The position numbers and the translations under genes were made by a program. DNA of 64,000 nucleotides from Candidatus Sulfotelmatobacter sp. (lineage in GTDB: Bacteria; Verrucomicrobiota; Verrucomicrobiia; Limisphaerales; UBA11358), in NCBI GenBank assembly GCA_035503455.1, contig DATJTK010000170.1, positions 65,383-129,382 on the forward strand, in the 5' to 3' direction. Positions 44,201-54,010 of this stretch are shown here, in pieces (position 1 is the stretch's first letter; each line of letters starts with the position of its first letter). Below the pieces are notes generated by a model. That model ran no database searches. It was given only the letters and a program-made list of their open reading frames with translations, and was not told the origin of the DNA.

Positions 44201-47200
44201 GTTGGCTTTACAACCAACACGGTGGATTACGGCGCCAACGGCCAGTTCTACGTGGGGATGACCAACCAATGGCATTTCTACGTGGTGACCAATACCACCC
44301 TCTTTACCAATGCGGCATTCATCACTTTTGGCGCCAACACACTATCGATCCCGCGCATGGGAGTGTTTGCCAATTCCATCGACAATGCGACGACACCGGG
44401 GGCGGACTTGGACCTGCTGGTGACTCGAAGCGGCACCGATGGCAACGCGGCCAATCTGTTGAACCTGGACCCGGTTGAAATCTCCAACTGCCTCAACGGA
44501 GCCAGCGGCGATGGCGCCTCGCTGGTATCGGGCGGCACGGACTTCGTCGCCTACAGCAACGCGCTGCCCAATGAAGTCTATTACATCGGCGTGAAATCAG
44601 AAAGCCAGATGGGAGTGCAATACAGTTTCATTCCGATATTCACCGATACACCGTTTGGCGGCCTGGACCAGAACGGCAATGAATATGTCAACGCGCTCAA
44701 TGCGCCATCGCTCATTCCCGATGGCACGGCGTCGCATCCGGGCTACTCGATAGTTTTTGGGCTGGCGCTGTATCCGATCACCATTCAAAACGTCATCATC
44801 ACCAACACGATTTACGACCAGAACTTTGGTGACCTGGTCGGTTCGGTCACGCACAGTGGTGTTTCGGTGGGGCTAAACAGCCATGATTCGTTCGGGCCGG
44901 GGGAGTACTCCCTGATATACGACGGCTTCGGAACCAACGATACTGCCGGCGCGCGTCCGGTCGATGGTCCGGGCAGCCTGCAGAACTACGTTGGCGCCTC
45001 CGGCCAGGGTGTCTGGCAATTTACCGAGGAAAACAACTCGCTGGGTCAAACCGGTGAAGTCCTCAACACCCAAATGTTCCTGCAAAAATACCAGAACCCG
45101 CGCAATGGCATCTACGTGACCGTCCAGCCGATGTCATGGTTTTATACGTATATTACCATTCCGGCCGGCTACACGAATATGGAGCTTTTTGGCATCAATA
45201 CCAATTTGTCGCCGGCGACGCCGCCGATCCAGATGTATTTGAATACCGGCGGCGACCCGACGATGACGAGTTATCTTTTTGAAGCCGATCTCACCAATGC
45301 CGAGTTTGCGCCGCTTCCACCCCCATTTGTTGAGGTGCCGGGAGTGTGGAACGAGATTTCGGATGGACCTCCGCTTGCGCCTGGAACTTATTACATCGGT
45401 CTTTATAATCCGAGTTCGACCGCCGAAGGGGTCTATCTGCTGGCGGTGCTCAATGGCCAGTCAACCGTGGTTCAACCCTCGCTCTTCACCGATACCAACA
45501 CCGTGCCGGTGATTAATGACGCGGTGACCTCTTCGACCAATACGATCATTGCGATCAGCAACACACCAGCCATCATATCGTCCCTGAATGTCGGCTTCGT
45601 CGTTCAATACCCGCGAATATCGGATTTGGCGTTCACGCTCATTAGCCCGCAGGGCCAGCGCATCCTGCTGATGGAAAATCGCGGCGGTCCCACGACCACC
45701 AACGCCGGAGGTGTATTCTATATTACCAATTCGATAGGCACGACGACGGCCAACGGCAGTTTTGAGGCGCAAACCAACACCTACAACGTCCAGAACAACG
45801 CCGGTTCACTGTCTGTGTCCTTCAACGCGTACACGATACCTGATCAATTGACGATCTATTACGGGAATGATCCATCCACGTTTAATACCAACGGGGCAAA
45901 TTCGACTCTGCTGTTCAACTCAGGCATGATTGGGGCCGAGCTTGGCGGCAATGGAATAACCAATTTCACCGTCAATTTCGGGCCGGGCACATCCACCTAT
46001 GTGACATTTATCGTCAACCAGTTCGGCAATACCAACGGCACCGGTGGCGACGCATGGACGTATACGATTAATGGGACGTTCCCCAGTTATAATTACCTGA
46101 CGTTCACCGACGACACCAACCTCACTGACACGGCCATTAAATTTGCCATCCCGCCCTTCGACCTGCGCGATCTTGGCACCAATTATACGTTTGGCAATTT
46201 AGACCTGTCCAGCAATGGCGATTATTTCGGGCTGACAAACATCTATGATGCGTATGGCGGCTGGACCGTTCCCAGCAACCAGGTCATCCAGGTGACCAAC
46301 GGCGTTGTTTACACCAACAACTACAATGAAGTCAGCGTCATCTCAGATCCCGGCGTTGCGTTCCAAAGCAATACCAACAGCAGCAATTTCCTGGCGCTGG
46401 GTTACGGCACCATTATACGCACCAATCTCCTGACGCCTTACCGGCTGGTGACCGTTTCCTATCAGTATCGCGGCCCGGGCATCGCCGGCTGGTGGCGTGG
46501 TGAAGGTGACGCGCACGACAGTTCCGACGCCGAACAGCATGGACAAAACGGTTCGCTCATCGGCCGGTTTACCTTCCCCGCCGGAGAGGTGAGCCAGGCC
46601 TTTGCCATGGAGAACAACGGCCTGGCGTATGATTTTGCCGGCACCAACAGCTACGTTCAAATCCGTCAACAGCCCTTCTACGAGCAGGTCATAACCAACA
46701 GCGGCACCAACCTCGAAAACACCGGGCCGATAACCATTCAATCGTCCTACCTTGACGTCGGGACTGGCCCCGGGTTGACCGTGGAAGGCTGGATTAATCC
46801 GACGAACCTGGCGTATCAGCAGCCGCTGGTGGAATGGCTGGCCCGCGTTCCCACCAACGGGTCCGATACCAATCTGACCATTCGCGCCGGGCCCTTCCTG
46901 GACCGCGCCACCAGCCATTATTATTATATGCTGGGGCCGACCAATTGGACCACGTCGGAAACCTGGGCCGAACAAATCGGCGGTCATCTGGTCACGATCG
47001 ATTCGGCGAACGAGCAAAACTGGGTGTATGACACATTCGCCAGTTACGGCGGCAGGAACCGCAATTTGTGGATCGGCCTGACCAACGCCGGAGTCACTTT
47101 TGCGTACTCCAGCGGTCTGACAAACATCGCCTATACGAATTGGCTGTTTACGCAGCCCACCAACTGCGGCGACCCGGCCCGAAAGTATACGTTCATGTTC

Positions 47201-50200
47201 GGGCCGACCAATGAGTACGCCGGAAACTGGGCGCTGGCGGACAATGAGGGGATCATGTGCGGCCCAGTGACGAACATCATGTATGGGGTGGTGGAAGTGA
47301 CCAATATCCAGACCAACGGCGTCCAGTTCTGGATCTCGATAACCAATGTTCCGGGCACAACCAATCTGATTACGACCAATACCGGCTGCCTGTTTGCCAA
47401 CCTGGTGGACATCACCAACGGGTCGCACTGGATTTATTCGGCGCCGGGCCTGATCCAGAGCAACCTCTTCCAGCATGTGGCCCTGACGTACGACACCAAT
47501 TCGGGCATCGCATCGCTGTTCTACGACGGCACCAATGTCGCCACGACCAATTGGGGTTTCAATATTGTGCCCAAGACCACCGGCGACGTTTTGCTGGGCA
47601 AGGACATGAGCCTGGAAACCAACAACTACTACAGCGGTCTCATGGATGAAATGAGCATCTACAACCGCGCGTTGTCGGATGCGGAAATCCAGGCGATATA
47701 TTCGGTATCGGCTTACACGACCAATCGCCTGATCGGCAAATTTGATCCGACGATCACACCGCCGCTGAGCCTTGCCGAAGCGCAGGTTGTCCTGGGCAAC
47801 ATGACCAACACCCTTTTGGGACAAAACAATACATGGCAGCAGGGCAGTTTCACGTTCATACCGCAAACCAATGTGTTCCCGATGCAGGTCCGGGGCATCC
47901 AACCGGGCATGTTGATGGATTCGTTTGCCGTGAGCGAAGCGCCGCTGGGCAATTTGTACTATTTGCCTGAGCAGTCGCTGGAGGAACTCAACGGGCAAAG
48001 TCCCAACGGCAATTGGACTCTGGAAATCTGGGACACGCGCAACAATGCCCTGGCCACCAACGCGAACCTGCTGAGCTGGCAATTGCAGATGATATTGCAG
48101 AGCAATACGCCCCCGCCGATCACCGTGGGCACGCAGGAGCCAATCGATGTGACCATCCTGCCGGGTGAGATCGTCACGCTGGCCGTCCCGGTTCCCGCCT
48201 GGGCCCAGGAAGCCACAAACATCCTGGTCTCATCCACTGAGCCCTTGAACGTGTTCTATAACCCAACCAACGCGCCGACGGGATCGGTGCCGCCGGATTA
48301 TATCCTGCAGCAGCCGCCGGCCACGCCGGTCCAAACCGGCAGTTGGACCTTGACCACAAACACACCGCTTCCGGACATTGTCCAGGGCGGGACCTATTAC
48401 ATCGGTCTCCAAAATACCGGGCCGCACGCCGCGTCGGCGGTCTTCCAGGTGGATTTCAACATCATGGCCCTGACCAACGATGCGCCCTACAGCGACACAG
48501 TCACAAATGATGCCGTGCGGTATTTCAGCTTTAATGTGACGTCCACCAACGCTTACGAAGCCACCTTCCAGCTATTGCACATGAACGGCAACGCGGACCT
48601 GGTCGTGAGCAAAGGCACGCCCCTGCCCACTCTGACCAGTTCCGATTACGGCAGCTTCAACAGCGGCAACGCCGACGAAAATATCTATGTGCTGACCAAT
48701 TCAGAGCCGGTGCCGCTCTCGGTTGGCACATGGTATATCGGCGTCTTCAATCGCGATACCCATCCAGTGACTTATGATGTGGTGGCGCAGGAACTGGATT
48801 TAAATCCGGTATCGAACACCAATCTGACCATCATCCCGCTGACCAACGGCGTGCCGTTGGATTATACCGCCGGACCGGGCGCCGCCTTGACCAATTTCTT
48901 CTCCTTCGTGGTGACAAACACGGTCACCAACACGGCTTCCGGGCTCATCACCAATTACGTCGGCTCCATCCATTTCGAACTGTATAACCTGACCGGCAAC
49001 GGCGACTTGACCGTGCAAACCGACGCGCCGCCGTTTGCGCCGCCGTTCTTCCAAAGCAGCGATGAACCCAGTACGGCCCCTGAATTTATCCAAATCCGAA
49101 CCAATAGCGCCCTGACAAACCTGACCGCGACGTGGTATCTGGGCGTGCCGAACGATACGACGAATTTAATACACTTCACTATCATCGCCGTTATTGATAC
49201 GAACAACGTCTTCCCCGCCTTCCCCGGGGCGGAAGGCGCGGGCGCGGGCGCGCTGGGCGGACGAGGAGGCGATGTTTATCATGTCATTAACCTGAGCGAC
49301 TCAGGGCCCGGCTCGCTCCGCTACGGCATTACGAACTTCTTTGGGACTGGTGCGACCAATACTCCTGGAACAGGGACCACGAATTTGCCCAACGGCAGTA
49401 TTACCAACGTCTCAGGGGCCCGAACCATCGTATTTGATGTGTCCGGCATCATACATTTGCTATCACCGCTTGTGATCTCCAATTCGTATATCACAATTGC
49501 CGGTCAGACTGCTCCCTGCGGTGGCGTCACAGTGTACGGCCAAATGACTACCGTCCAGTCCGCTCATGACGTTGTTATCCGCGACGTGCGTTTTCGCCGT
49601 GGTTCGGCCGATGATTCATTGCAGTTTACAAACGCGACCGAGGCCATCGCCGACCACGTCTCCGCCGAATGGACATCGGACAACCAGTTGTCTGTATTAA
49701 ACTCCTCAAACGTCACCGTGCAGTGGTCCATGCTCTCGGACGGCTTGTACAGCCCAACCAATAATCCACCCCCGATCGGCGCGCTGGTGCGATACGGCAG
49801 CGGCGCCGTCAGCCTGCATCACAATCTCTTTGCGGATGACTATACTGGCAGCCCCCGCCTCGGCGACAACGTCAGCCTGGATTTCGTCAATAACGTCATT
49901 TACAACTGGGTGACAAACGCCGGATATTCGTCGTCCAATGACATTGAGGACAACCCGAATGGATTTACAAATTATCTCAATTACATTTGCAATTATCTCA
50001 TCGCTGGCCCGAATACGATAACGACCAACATGGCTTTCTGGAGCGGCAATACCAATACATGGCTCTTCCAAACCAATAACTTCATAGACAGCGACGATGA
50101 CGGTGTGCTGAACGGCGCGAATACCGAGTGGGACATGTTCACCAATTGGAACGGCTCGACAAACTACTATACTGTGACCAATCAATTCCGTCTGCCGCCT

Positions 50201-53200
50201 GTTTCAATCGATGAAGCCTATCTCGCATATGAAAAGGTCCTGGATTTCGCCGGCGTGGATTTGTGCAAGCGCGACCCGATCGACACAAACATCGTCGAGC
50301 ACGTTCGCAACAATCAGGGCGCACTTGAGTCCCTCCCGCCATTGTCAGGCATGGTCGCCTGGTGGAAGGCCGAAGGCAACATGCTCGATAGTTGGGGAAC
50401 GAATAATGGAATATTGACCAATGGAACGTTCGCTTACGCTCCGGGAGAGGTCGGAATGGGCTTCAGTTTTAATTATAGCCCCGTACAGATTATCGTGCCG
50501 GATGCGCCGTCTCTGAACTTCGGTCCTGGGCAGGACTTTTCACTTGAAGGATGGATCCGGGCGTTTCCAACGAACTATTACAGGGATGTGATGTCAATTA
50601 TAGACAAGCGTCTTGCCAATGGCGGCAATTGCGTGGGCTATGATGTCAATCTGACTGGTGGGACTCTGAATTTTCAAATGTCAGATAATTACAACAGCGG
50701 CACCAGCCTTGTACAGGCCGGGACGTTTTTGGCTGACGGCAAATTGCATCATATTGCGGTCACTGTGCAGCGTCTGTCGACAACCGGGGGCCGCATATAC
50801 GAGGATGGCGTATTGGTGAATACATTTGATCCGACCGGTCAATCCGGAGACTTAACGTCGACCCAGCCATTGCGCATCGGCAACCATGCCGACCCGACTT
50901 ATAGTGGAAATCCCGGTGCATACTTCAACGGACAAATTGACGACTGGGCGATTTACAAACGCGCTCTCACTTCCGACGAAGTCACCGCCATCTACCAACT
51001 CGGTCCCGAAGGCAAGTTCGCATGGCGCCCGAAATTCCTTGAAAGGAACTTTTTGGATACGGATCGCGATGGCATTCCAGATTTCTGGGAGAGCACATTT
51101 GGCCAAAGCCTGACCAATGCCAATAACAACATTCTTTCGACCAACGCGAATAACATCGGATACAGCGACCTCGAGGAATTTGACAACTGGCTTGCCGGGC
51201 CGCATGCGGTGACAACCACCAATACGCCGGTGAACGTGAACTTGTATCAACTTTGCGGTGATACGGGCAATTTGCGATTCTTCCTTACCAATGCCGTCAA
51301 CGGTTCCGTTTATCTGACAAATGAGGTCAACACGAACGGAATCATCGTCACGGAAGGAACGGAACTCATGACCAATACGATTGCCGTATTTACGCCCTCA
51401 AATGGTATCACCGGTTACGCTTCATTTGGGTTCTACGTGACCAATACCGATACTTACGGATATTTCGGCCCTGTCACCGTGAGCGTCGTTGTAAGCCCGG
51501 TGCCGGTCACTTACACGGCCAGGGCCGGTTTCCTGCCGCAAAACCAGCCGCTGACGAATACTGTATGCGCCAATACCATCGAATGGTACAAGATCAGCGT
51601 GCCGACCAATGCGGTACAGGCAACAAACACCCTGATTTTTGCCGGCGCGCCAGTAAACTTCTGGTATAGCTCCAACGATCCGCCTTCAACAGTCAATTCC
51701 AGCGACTTTGAGTTGCTGAAAGATTCGACCAACGGCTCTGCCATCATCAACATCAGCGGTGCGCCGCTCCCGCCCGTCCTTGCCCCCGGCGGCACATATT
51801 TCCTCGGCATCCAAAACACGAACAATTTTGCCACGAATTATGCCGTCCAGGTGAACTTTCAGACCATTACCCCTCCACCCGGCGGCATTATCATTATCAA
51901 CCCTGGCCAGCCGGTGACCAATATCATGCCACCCTCCGCCAGCAGTCCTGGCAGCGCGAGCGGAGGCGGTTCCGCTAATCCTGTTTACATCCCAATCTTC
52001 GTGCCGCCCAATGCCATTTCGGCGACCAACACGCTGCTCTTTTCCACCGGCGGCGCGACAAGCCTGTGGTTCAACCAGACGACCTGGCCCGGCTTTGGCG
52101 CGACACCGGGCGATGTTGAGTTGATCGCGAACTACGCGGGCACTACGCCTACCAATTACATTTTAACTTCAAATAGCATTCCACCCCTGATGCCGGGCCA
52201 AACCTATTACCTTGCTATCGATAACACTTCGTCCGCCACTGTTACGAACGCCTTCGAATATACCTTTGACTTGTATTATACGCCGCCCATCCTGCCGCCG
52301 GTGACCAACATCGATATCGTCGCGGGAAATACGTTGAACGTGAATGATGAGGCGACCGATACCAACGCGGGCACATTGGTTTATTACCTGACGACCATGC
52401 CGGATGTCACCAATGCCACTATCTCAACGACCGGCCAGATCACCTGGACGGTGCCCACCAATACGCCCGGTGAAAACGTCTTGTTCACGACGGTCGTCAG
52501 CAATTCGTTCACAACGATGACCGCGACGAATGAATTTACCGTCACGGTTCTGCCCCTGGTGTCGCCGGTCCTGCCGCAAACCAATTCGGTTGCGTCCAAC
52601 TCCGTCAACTGGCTGGCTGTGCCGGTGCCGGTGGATGCCAATCACGCAACGAACATCCTGCTCTTTGCCACAAATCTGCCGGTGAACGTCCTGTTTACGA
52701 CCAATTTCCAACCTGCGGTTGCCGGCGCCTACACATTGATGTCCAACCAAATGAGTGGCGTCAGCATTTTAGGGACGGGCACTGTGCCCACGAATATCGT
52801 CCCTGGCTCGGTCTATTATCTTGGCATCCAAAACACCAATAGCCTCGCGGTCGGCTACGCTCTCCAGGTGAATTTCGGCTATTACCCGGCGCCTGTACTG
52901 CCGGCCATTTCAAATCTGGTCATCACTGCCGGCCAGACACTGACGGTCACCAACTCGGCGACGGACAGCAGCGGTGTCGGCATATTGTACTACGCGCTCA
53001 CGACGTCGCCGTCAGTCAATGCCACAATTTCGCTAACCAACGGCGTCATTACCTGGGCCACTGCAGCCAGCCAGGCACTTGGGAATTACGTTTTCACCAC
53101 CATCGTGACGAATTCGGCCACTACTCTGAGCGCCACAAATACGTTCAAGGTGACGGTCATCCCTGCGCCAGAGTTTGTGCGCGTGAGCATTATCTATACA

Positions 53201-53944
53201 AACATCAGCGGCACAAACGGCTTCCTCCTGACATGGTTTGCGGCGACCAATGACTACTTCAAGGTCCAGGAAACCCCGGCTCTGGTCCCGCCGGTCTGGA
53301 ACTCGTTCACAAATATTATTGCCTATGCCGGACCGGTGACGGCAACCAACGGGTTATTCAGCTTCTTTGATAACGGCTCGCAATATCCGTTTGGTGTCTC
53401 GCGGTTCTACCGTCTGTTGTTGTTGGAGGCCAACGGCCTGACGTTGCCTGTTCTGAGCAATTATGTTTTGAGCGTTTCCGAGCCATTGAGCGTTACTAAT
53501 ACCGCTATAGATTCAGATCCCGCGGCGATTTTGGATTACAACCTGACGGGATTCCCTGATCCGGCCACAAATGCCTTGATAAGCACCAACGGTGTTATCA
53601 CCTGGATACCGGGGCCTGGCGATGCGGGGAGTGCCTTCACGTTTACGACCACCGTGAGCGATAATGGCCTGCCCCCGGCAAAAGCGACCAACGCCTTTAC
53701 GGTCTTCGTGTTGCCGGCCCCGGTCATTACGGCTTCGGCGGCCACGCCTTCGGGAGTGACCTTCCAATGGACTGCCTCGACCAACGACCTGTTCCAGGTG
53801 GAGTGGACAACCAATCTGATTTCTGGAAATTGGACGCTGCTGCCGCAAGTTATCAGTTCTTCAACGGGTTCATTCACCTTTACAGATAACGATCCATCCG
53901 CCGTCATGAAATTCTACCGGCTCGTCTGGCTCCCGCCGTTGTAG
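41291..53944 (+). CDS. Giant (4,217-aa) secreted multidomain protein: S8 subtilase + P-domains + LamG/C-type lectin + PL1-like pectate lyase + repeated jelly-roll and Ig-like modules
   Basis: N-terminal anchor/signal MRRTFIWFIVLLIAAGVVFFV. S8 triad: VDDTGID (~42180), HGTHVAGII (~42280), GTSMSAPAVSG (~43335). Proprotein-convertase P-domain: YPRISDLAFTLISPQGQRILLMENRGG (~45600). C-type lectin: WTTSETWAEQIGGHLVTIDSANEQNWV (~46950). LamG tails: MDEMSIYNRALSDAEIQAIY and IDDWAIYKRALTSDEVTAIY. Pectate lyase: FPGAEGAGAGALGGRGGDVYHVINLSDSGPGSLRYG...ITIAGQTAP...FVNNVIYNW (~49200-49920). Confidence 0.9.
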   Translation: MRRTFIWFIVLLIAAGVVFFVRQDHNSKNPASTQSAVRSQSSANATASAAAAKSAAASAITNKAGNKFAWRLKNTDKPLSQLIDDPRAILLENAFIETGSKLNLAIPKNLQSPGDPGAYVVQARGPISAAFRSVLAGAGATIVSYIPNNAYLVRASEGVADALAANPLVQAVIPYEPYYKVQEQLLAQAQQPLPADVQLNLGLFADDAADTVQQIQKMGGIILSEENSAAGYPIVKVEPPADWTAIAGLPGVHIVEPYYRRTLANDLARAQMQISADGITTTNYDNLYGSNVIVEVDDTGIDTNHPDFSNNHAKYRVFYTDPNMGTDTNGHGTHVAGIIAGDGFESTTVTNAYGSPMPGSPQQFRGKAPMAEMLSMNYLDADQDLQAAAAQTNALISNNSWVNGDADYDLEAASYDAATRDALPFVTGSQPVLFVFPSGDSGSVADSIQSPGTAKDVITVGALEEGRYITNLVTDASSNVTEEWFPETDDSNAVWNTSPFENVASGDGNVGIGTEGTYGRFKPDLVAPGTFVISCRSEQWDTNAYYNPTNNDIHVFADLIPTNSVSTSPFQFLVPGNAVEVIFSVATNASSPAVLPVMPIYLETNSAGYGLIGSNNAVVGPTPPVLNEDWSVVVSNTTASPLAYDLIVDVQTTNNYGNYYTVLQNMNDSLGPPINYYRYETGTSMSAPAVSGFLALLQDYFTNQYTPALIPSPALLKGLAINGALTTEPQYYPQINGSINYEGWGLPTLPNTIVPGITNVLNVPCSTFFRDQSLSNALATGESETFIVNMNSNDFGNYLPLHVTLAWTDPPGDPAAAIKLVNSLELVVTDLDNPGIVYYGNDIGAGGFNNVESATNPPIIDAINNVQNININPYPPRGTPDSDYSITVIGNRVNANAVSEQTNDIVQDYALVVSAGNIDVGQMSNAIENVSDEGVVANPTGDQLITQAQTNTILLNQTVGANTPLMGTNTVGFTTNTVDYGANGQFYVGMTNQWHFYVVTNTTLFTNAAFITFGANTLSIPRMGVFANSIDNATTPGADLDLLVTRSGTDGNAANLLNLDPVEISNCLNGASGDGASLVSGGTDFVAYSNALPNEVYYIGVKSESQMGVQYSFIPIFTDTPFGGLDQNGNEYVNALNAPSLIPDGTASHPGYSIVFGLALYPITIQNVIITNTIYDQNFGDLVGSVTHSGVSVGLNSHDSFGPGEYSLIYDGFGTNDTAGARPVDGPGSLQNYVGASGQGVWQFTEENNSLGQTGEVLNTQMFLQKYQNPRNGIYVTVQPMSWFYTYITIPAGYTNMELFGINTNLSPATPPIQMYLNTGGDPTMTSYLFEADLTNAEFAPLPPPFVEVPGVWNEISDGPPLAPGTYYIGLYNPSSTAEGVYLLAVLNGQSTVVQPSLFTDTNTVPVINDAVTSSTNTIIAISNTPAIISSLNVGFVVQYPRISDLAFTLISPQGQRILLMENRGGPTTTNAGGVFYITNSIGTTTANGSFEAQTNTYNVQNNAGSLSVSFNAYTIPDQLTIYYGNDPSTFNTNGANSTLLFNSGMIGAELGGNGITNFTVNFGPGTSTYVTFIVNQFGNTNGTGGDAWTYTINGTFPSYNYLTFTDDTNLTDTAIKFAIPPFDLRDLGTNYTFGNLDLSSNGDYFGLTNIYDAYGGWTVPSNQVIQVTNGVVYTNNYNEVSVISDPGVAFQSNTNSSNFLALGYGTIIRTNLLTPYRLVTVSYQYRGPGIAGWWRGEGDAHDSSDAEQHGQNGSLIGRFTFPAGEVSQAFAMENNGLAYDFAGTNSYVQIRQQPFYEQVITNSGTNLENTGPITIQSSYLDVGTGPGLTVEGWINPTNLAYQQPLVEWLARVPTNGSDTNLTIRAGPFLDRATSHYYYMLGPTNWTTSETWAEQIGGHLVTIDSANEQNWVYDTFASYGGRNRNLWIGLTNAGVTFAYSSGLTNIAYTNWLFTQPTNCGDPARKYTFMFGPTNEYAGNWALADNEGIMCGPVTNIMYGVVEVTNIQTNGVQFWISITNVPGTTNLITTNTGCLFANLVDITNGSHWIYSAPGLIQSNLFQHVALTYDTNSGIASLFYDGTNVATTNWGFNIVPKTTGDVLLGKDMSLETNNYYSGLMDEMSIYNRALSDAEIQAIYSVSAYTTNRLIGKFDPTITPPLSLAEAQVVLGNMTNTLLGQNNTWQQGSFTFIPQTNVFPMQVRGIQPGMLMDSFAVSEAPLGNLYYLPEQSLEELNGQSPNGNWTLEIWDTRNNALATNANLLSWQLQMILQSNTPPPITVGTQEPIDVTILPGEIVTLAVPVPAWAQEATNILVSSTEPLNVFYNPTNAPTGSVPPDYILQQPPATPVQTGSWTLTTNTPLPDIVQGGTYYIGLQNTGPHAASAVFQVDFNIMALTNDAPYSDTVTNDAVRYFSFNVTSTNAYEATFQLLHMNGNADLVVSKGTPLPTLTSSDYGSFNSGNADENIYVLTNSEPVPLSVGTWYIGVFNRDTHPVTYDVVAQELDLNPVSNTNLTIIPLTNGVPLDYTAGPGAALTNFFSFVVTNTVTNTASGLITNYVGSIHFELYNLTGNGDLTVQTDAPPFAPPFFQSSDEPSTAPEFIQIRTNSALTNLTATWYLGVPNDTTNLIHFTIIAVIDTNNVFPAFPGAEGAGAGALGGRGGDVYHVINLSDSGPGSLRYGITNFFGTGATNTPGTGTTNLPNGSITNVSGARTIVFDVSGIIHLLSPLVISNSYITIAGQTAPCGGVTVYGQMTTVQSAHDVVIRDVRFRRGSADDSLQFTNATEAIADHVSAEWTSDNQLSVLNSSNVTVQWSMLSDGLYSPTNNPPPIGALVRYGSGAVSLHHNLFADDYTGSPRLGDNVSLDFVNNVIYNWVTNAGYSSSNDIEDNPNGFTNYLNYICNYLIAGPNTITTNMAFWSGNTNTWLFQTNNFIDSDDDGVLNGANTEWDMFTNWNGSTNYYTVTNQFRLPPVSIDEAYLAYEKVLDFAGVDLCKRDPIDTNIVEHVRNNQGALESLPPLSGMVAWWKAEGNMLDSWGTNNGILTNGTFAYAPGEVGMGFSFNYSPVQIIVPDAPSLNFGPGQDFSLEGWIRAFPTNYYRDVMSIIDKRLANGGNCVGYDVNLTGGTLNFQMSDNYNSGTSLVQAGTFLADGKLHHIAVTVQRLSTTGGRIYEDGVLVNTFDPTGQSGDLTSTQPLRIGNHADPTYSGNPGAYFNGQIDDWAIYKRALTSDEVTAIYQLGPEGKFAWRPKFLERNFLDTDRDGIPDFWESTFGQSLTNANNNILSTNANNIGYSDLEEFDNWLAGPHAVTTTNTPVNVNLYQLCGDTGNLRFFLTNAVNGSVYLTNEVNTNGIIVTEGTELMTNTIAVFTPSNGITGYASFGFYVTNTDTYGYFGPVTVSVVVSPVPVTYTARAGFLPQNQPLTNTVCANTIEWYKISVPTNAVQATNTLIFAGAPVNFWYSSNDPPSTVNSSDFELLKDSTNGSAIINISGAPLPPVLAPGGTYFLGIQNTNNFATNYAVQVNFQTITPPPGGIIIINPGQPVTNIMPPSASSPGSASGGGSANPVYIPIFVPPNAISATNTLLFSTGGATSLWFNQTTWPGFGATPGDVELIANYAGTTPTNYILTSNSIPPLMPGQTYYLAIDNTSSATVTNAFEYTFDLYYTPPILPPVTNIDIVAGNTLNVNDEATDTNAGTLVYYLTTMPDVTNATISTTGQITWTVPTNTPGENVLFTTVVSNSFTTMTATNEFTVTVLPLVSPVLPQTNSVASNSVNWLAVPVPVDANHATNILLFATNLPVNVLFTTNFQPAVAGAYTLMSNQMSGVSILGTGTVPTNIVPGSVYYLGIQNTNSLAVGYALQVNFGYYPAPVLPAISNLVITAGQTLTVTNSATDSSGVGILYYALTTSPSVNATISLTNGVITWATAASQALGNYVFTTIVTNSATTLSATNTFKVTVIPAPEFVRVSIIYTNISGTNGFLLTWFAATNDYFKVQETPALVPPVWNSFTNIIAYAGPVTATNGLFSFFDNGSQYPFGVSRFYRLLLLEANGLTLPVLSNYVLSVSEPLSVTNTAIDSDPAAILDYNLTGFPDPATNALISTNGVITWIPGPGDAGSAFTFTTTVSDNGLPPAKATNAFTVFVLPAPVITASAATPSGVTFQWTASTNDLFQVEWTTNLISGNWTLLPQVISSSTGSFTFTDNDPSAVMKFYRLVWLPPL

Positions 53945-54010
53945 CTGTTGGACCTGGACCATTGACATTCCAAAATTTTCTTGTAGGGCCAAATATTTGC
54001 TGTTAACTGG

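Noticed and set aside
46343-48082. 579-aa minus-strand ORF inside the giant gene, plus many other 60-230-aa ORFs on both strands between 41.3 and 53.9 kb.
   Set aside because: It lies entirely antisense to a frame with clear domain homology (LamG, C-type lectin). The translation is Arg/Gly/Ala/Pro-rich with no motifs, which is typical of stop-poor antisense frames in GC-rich coding DNA.
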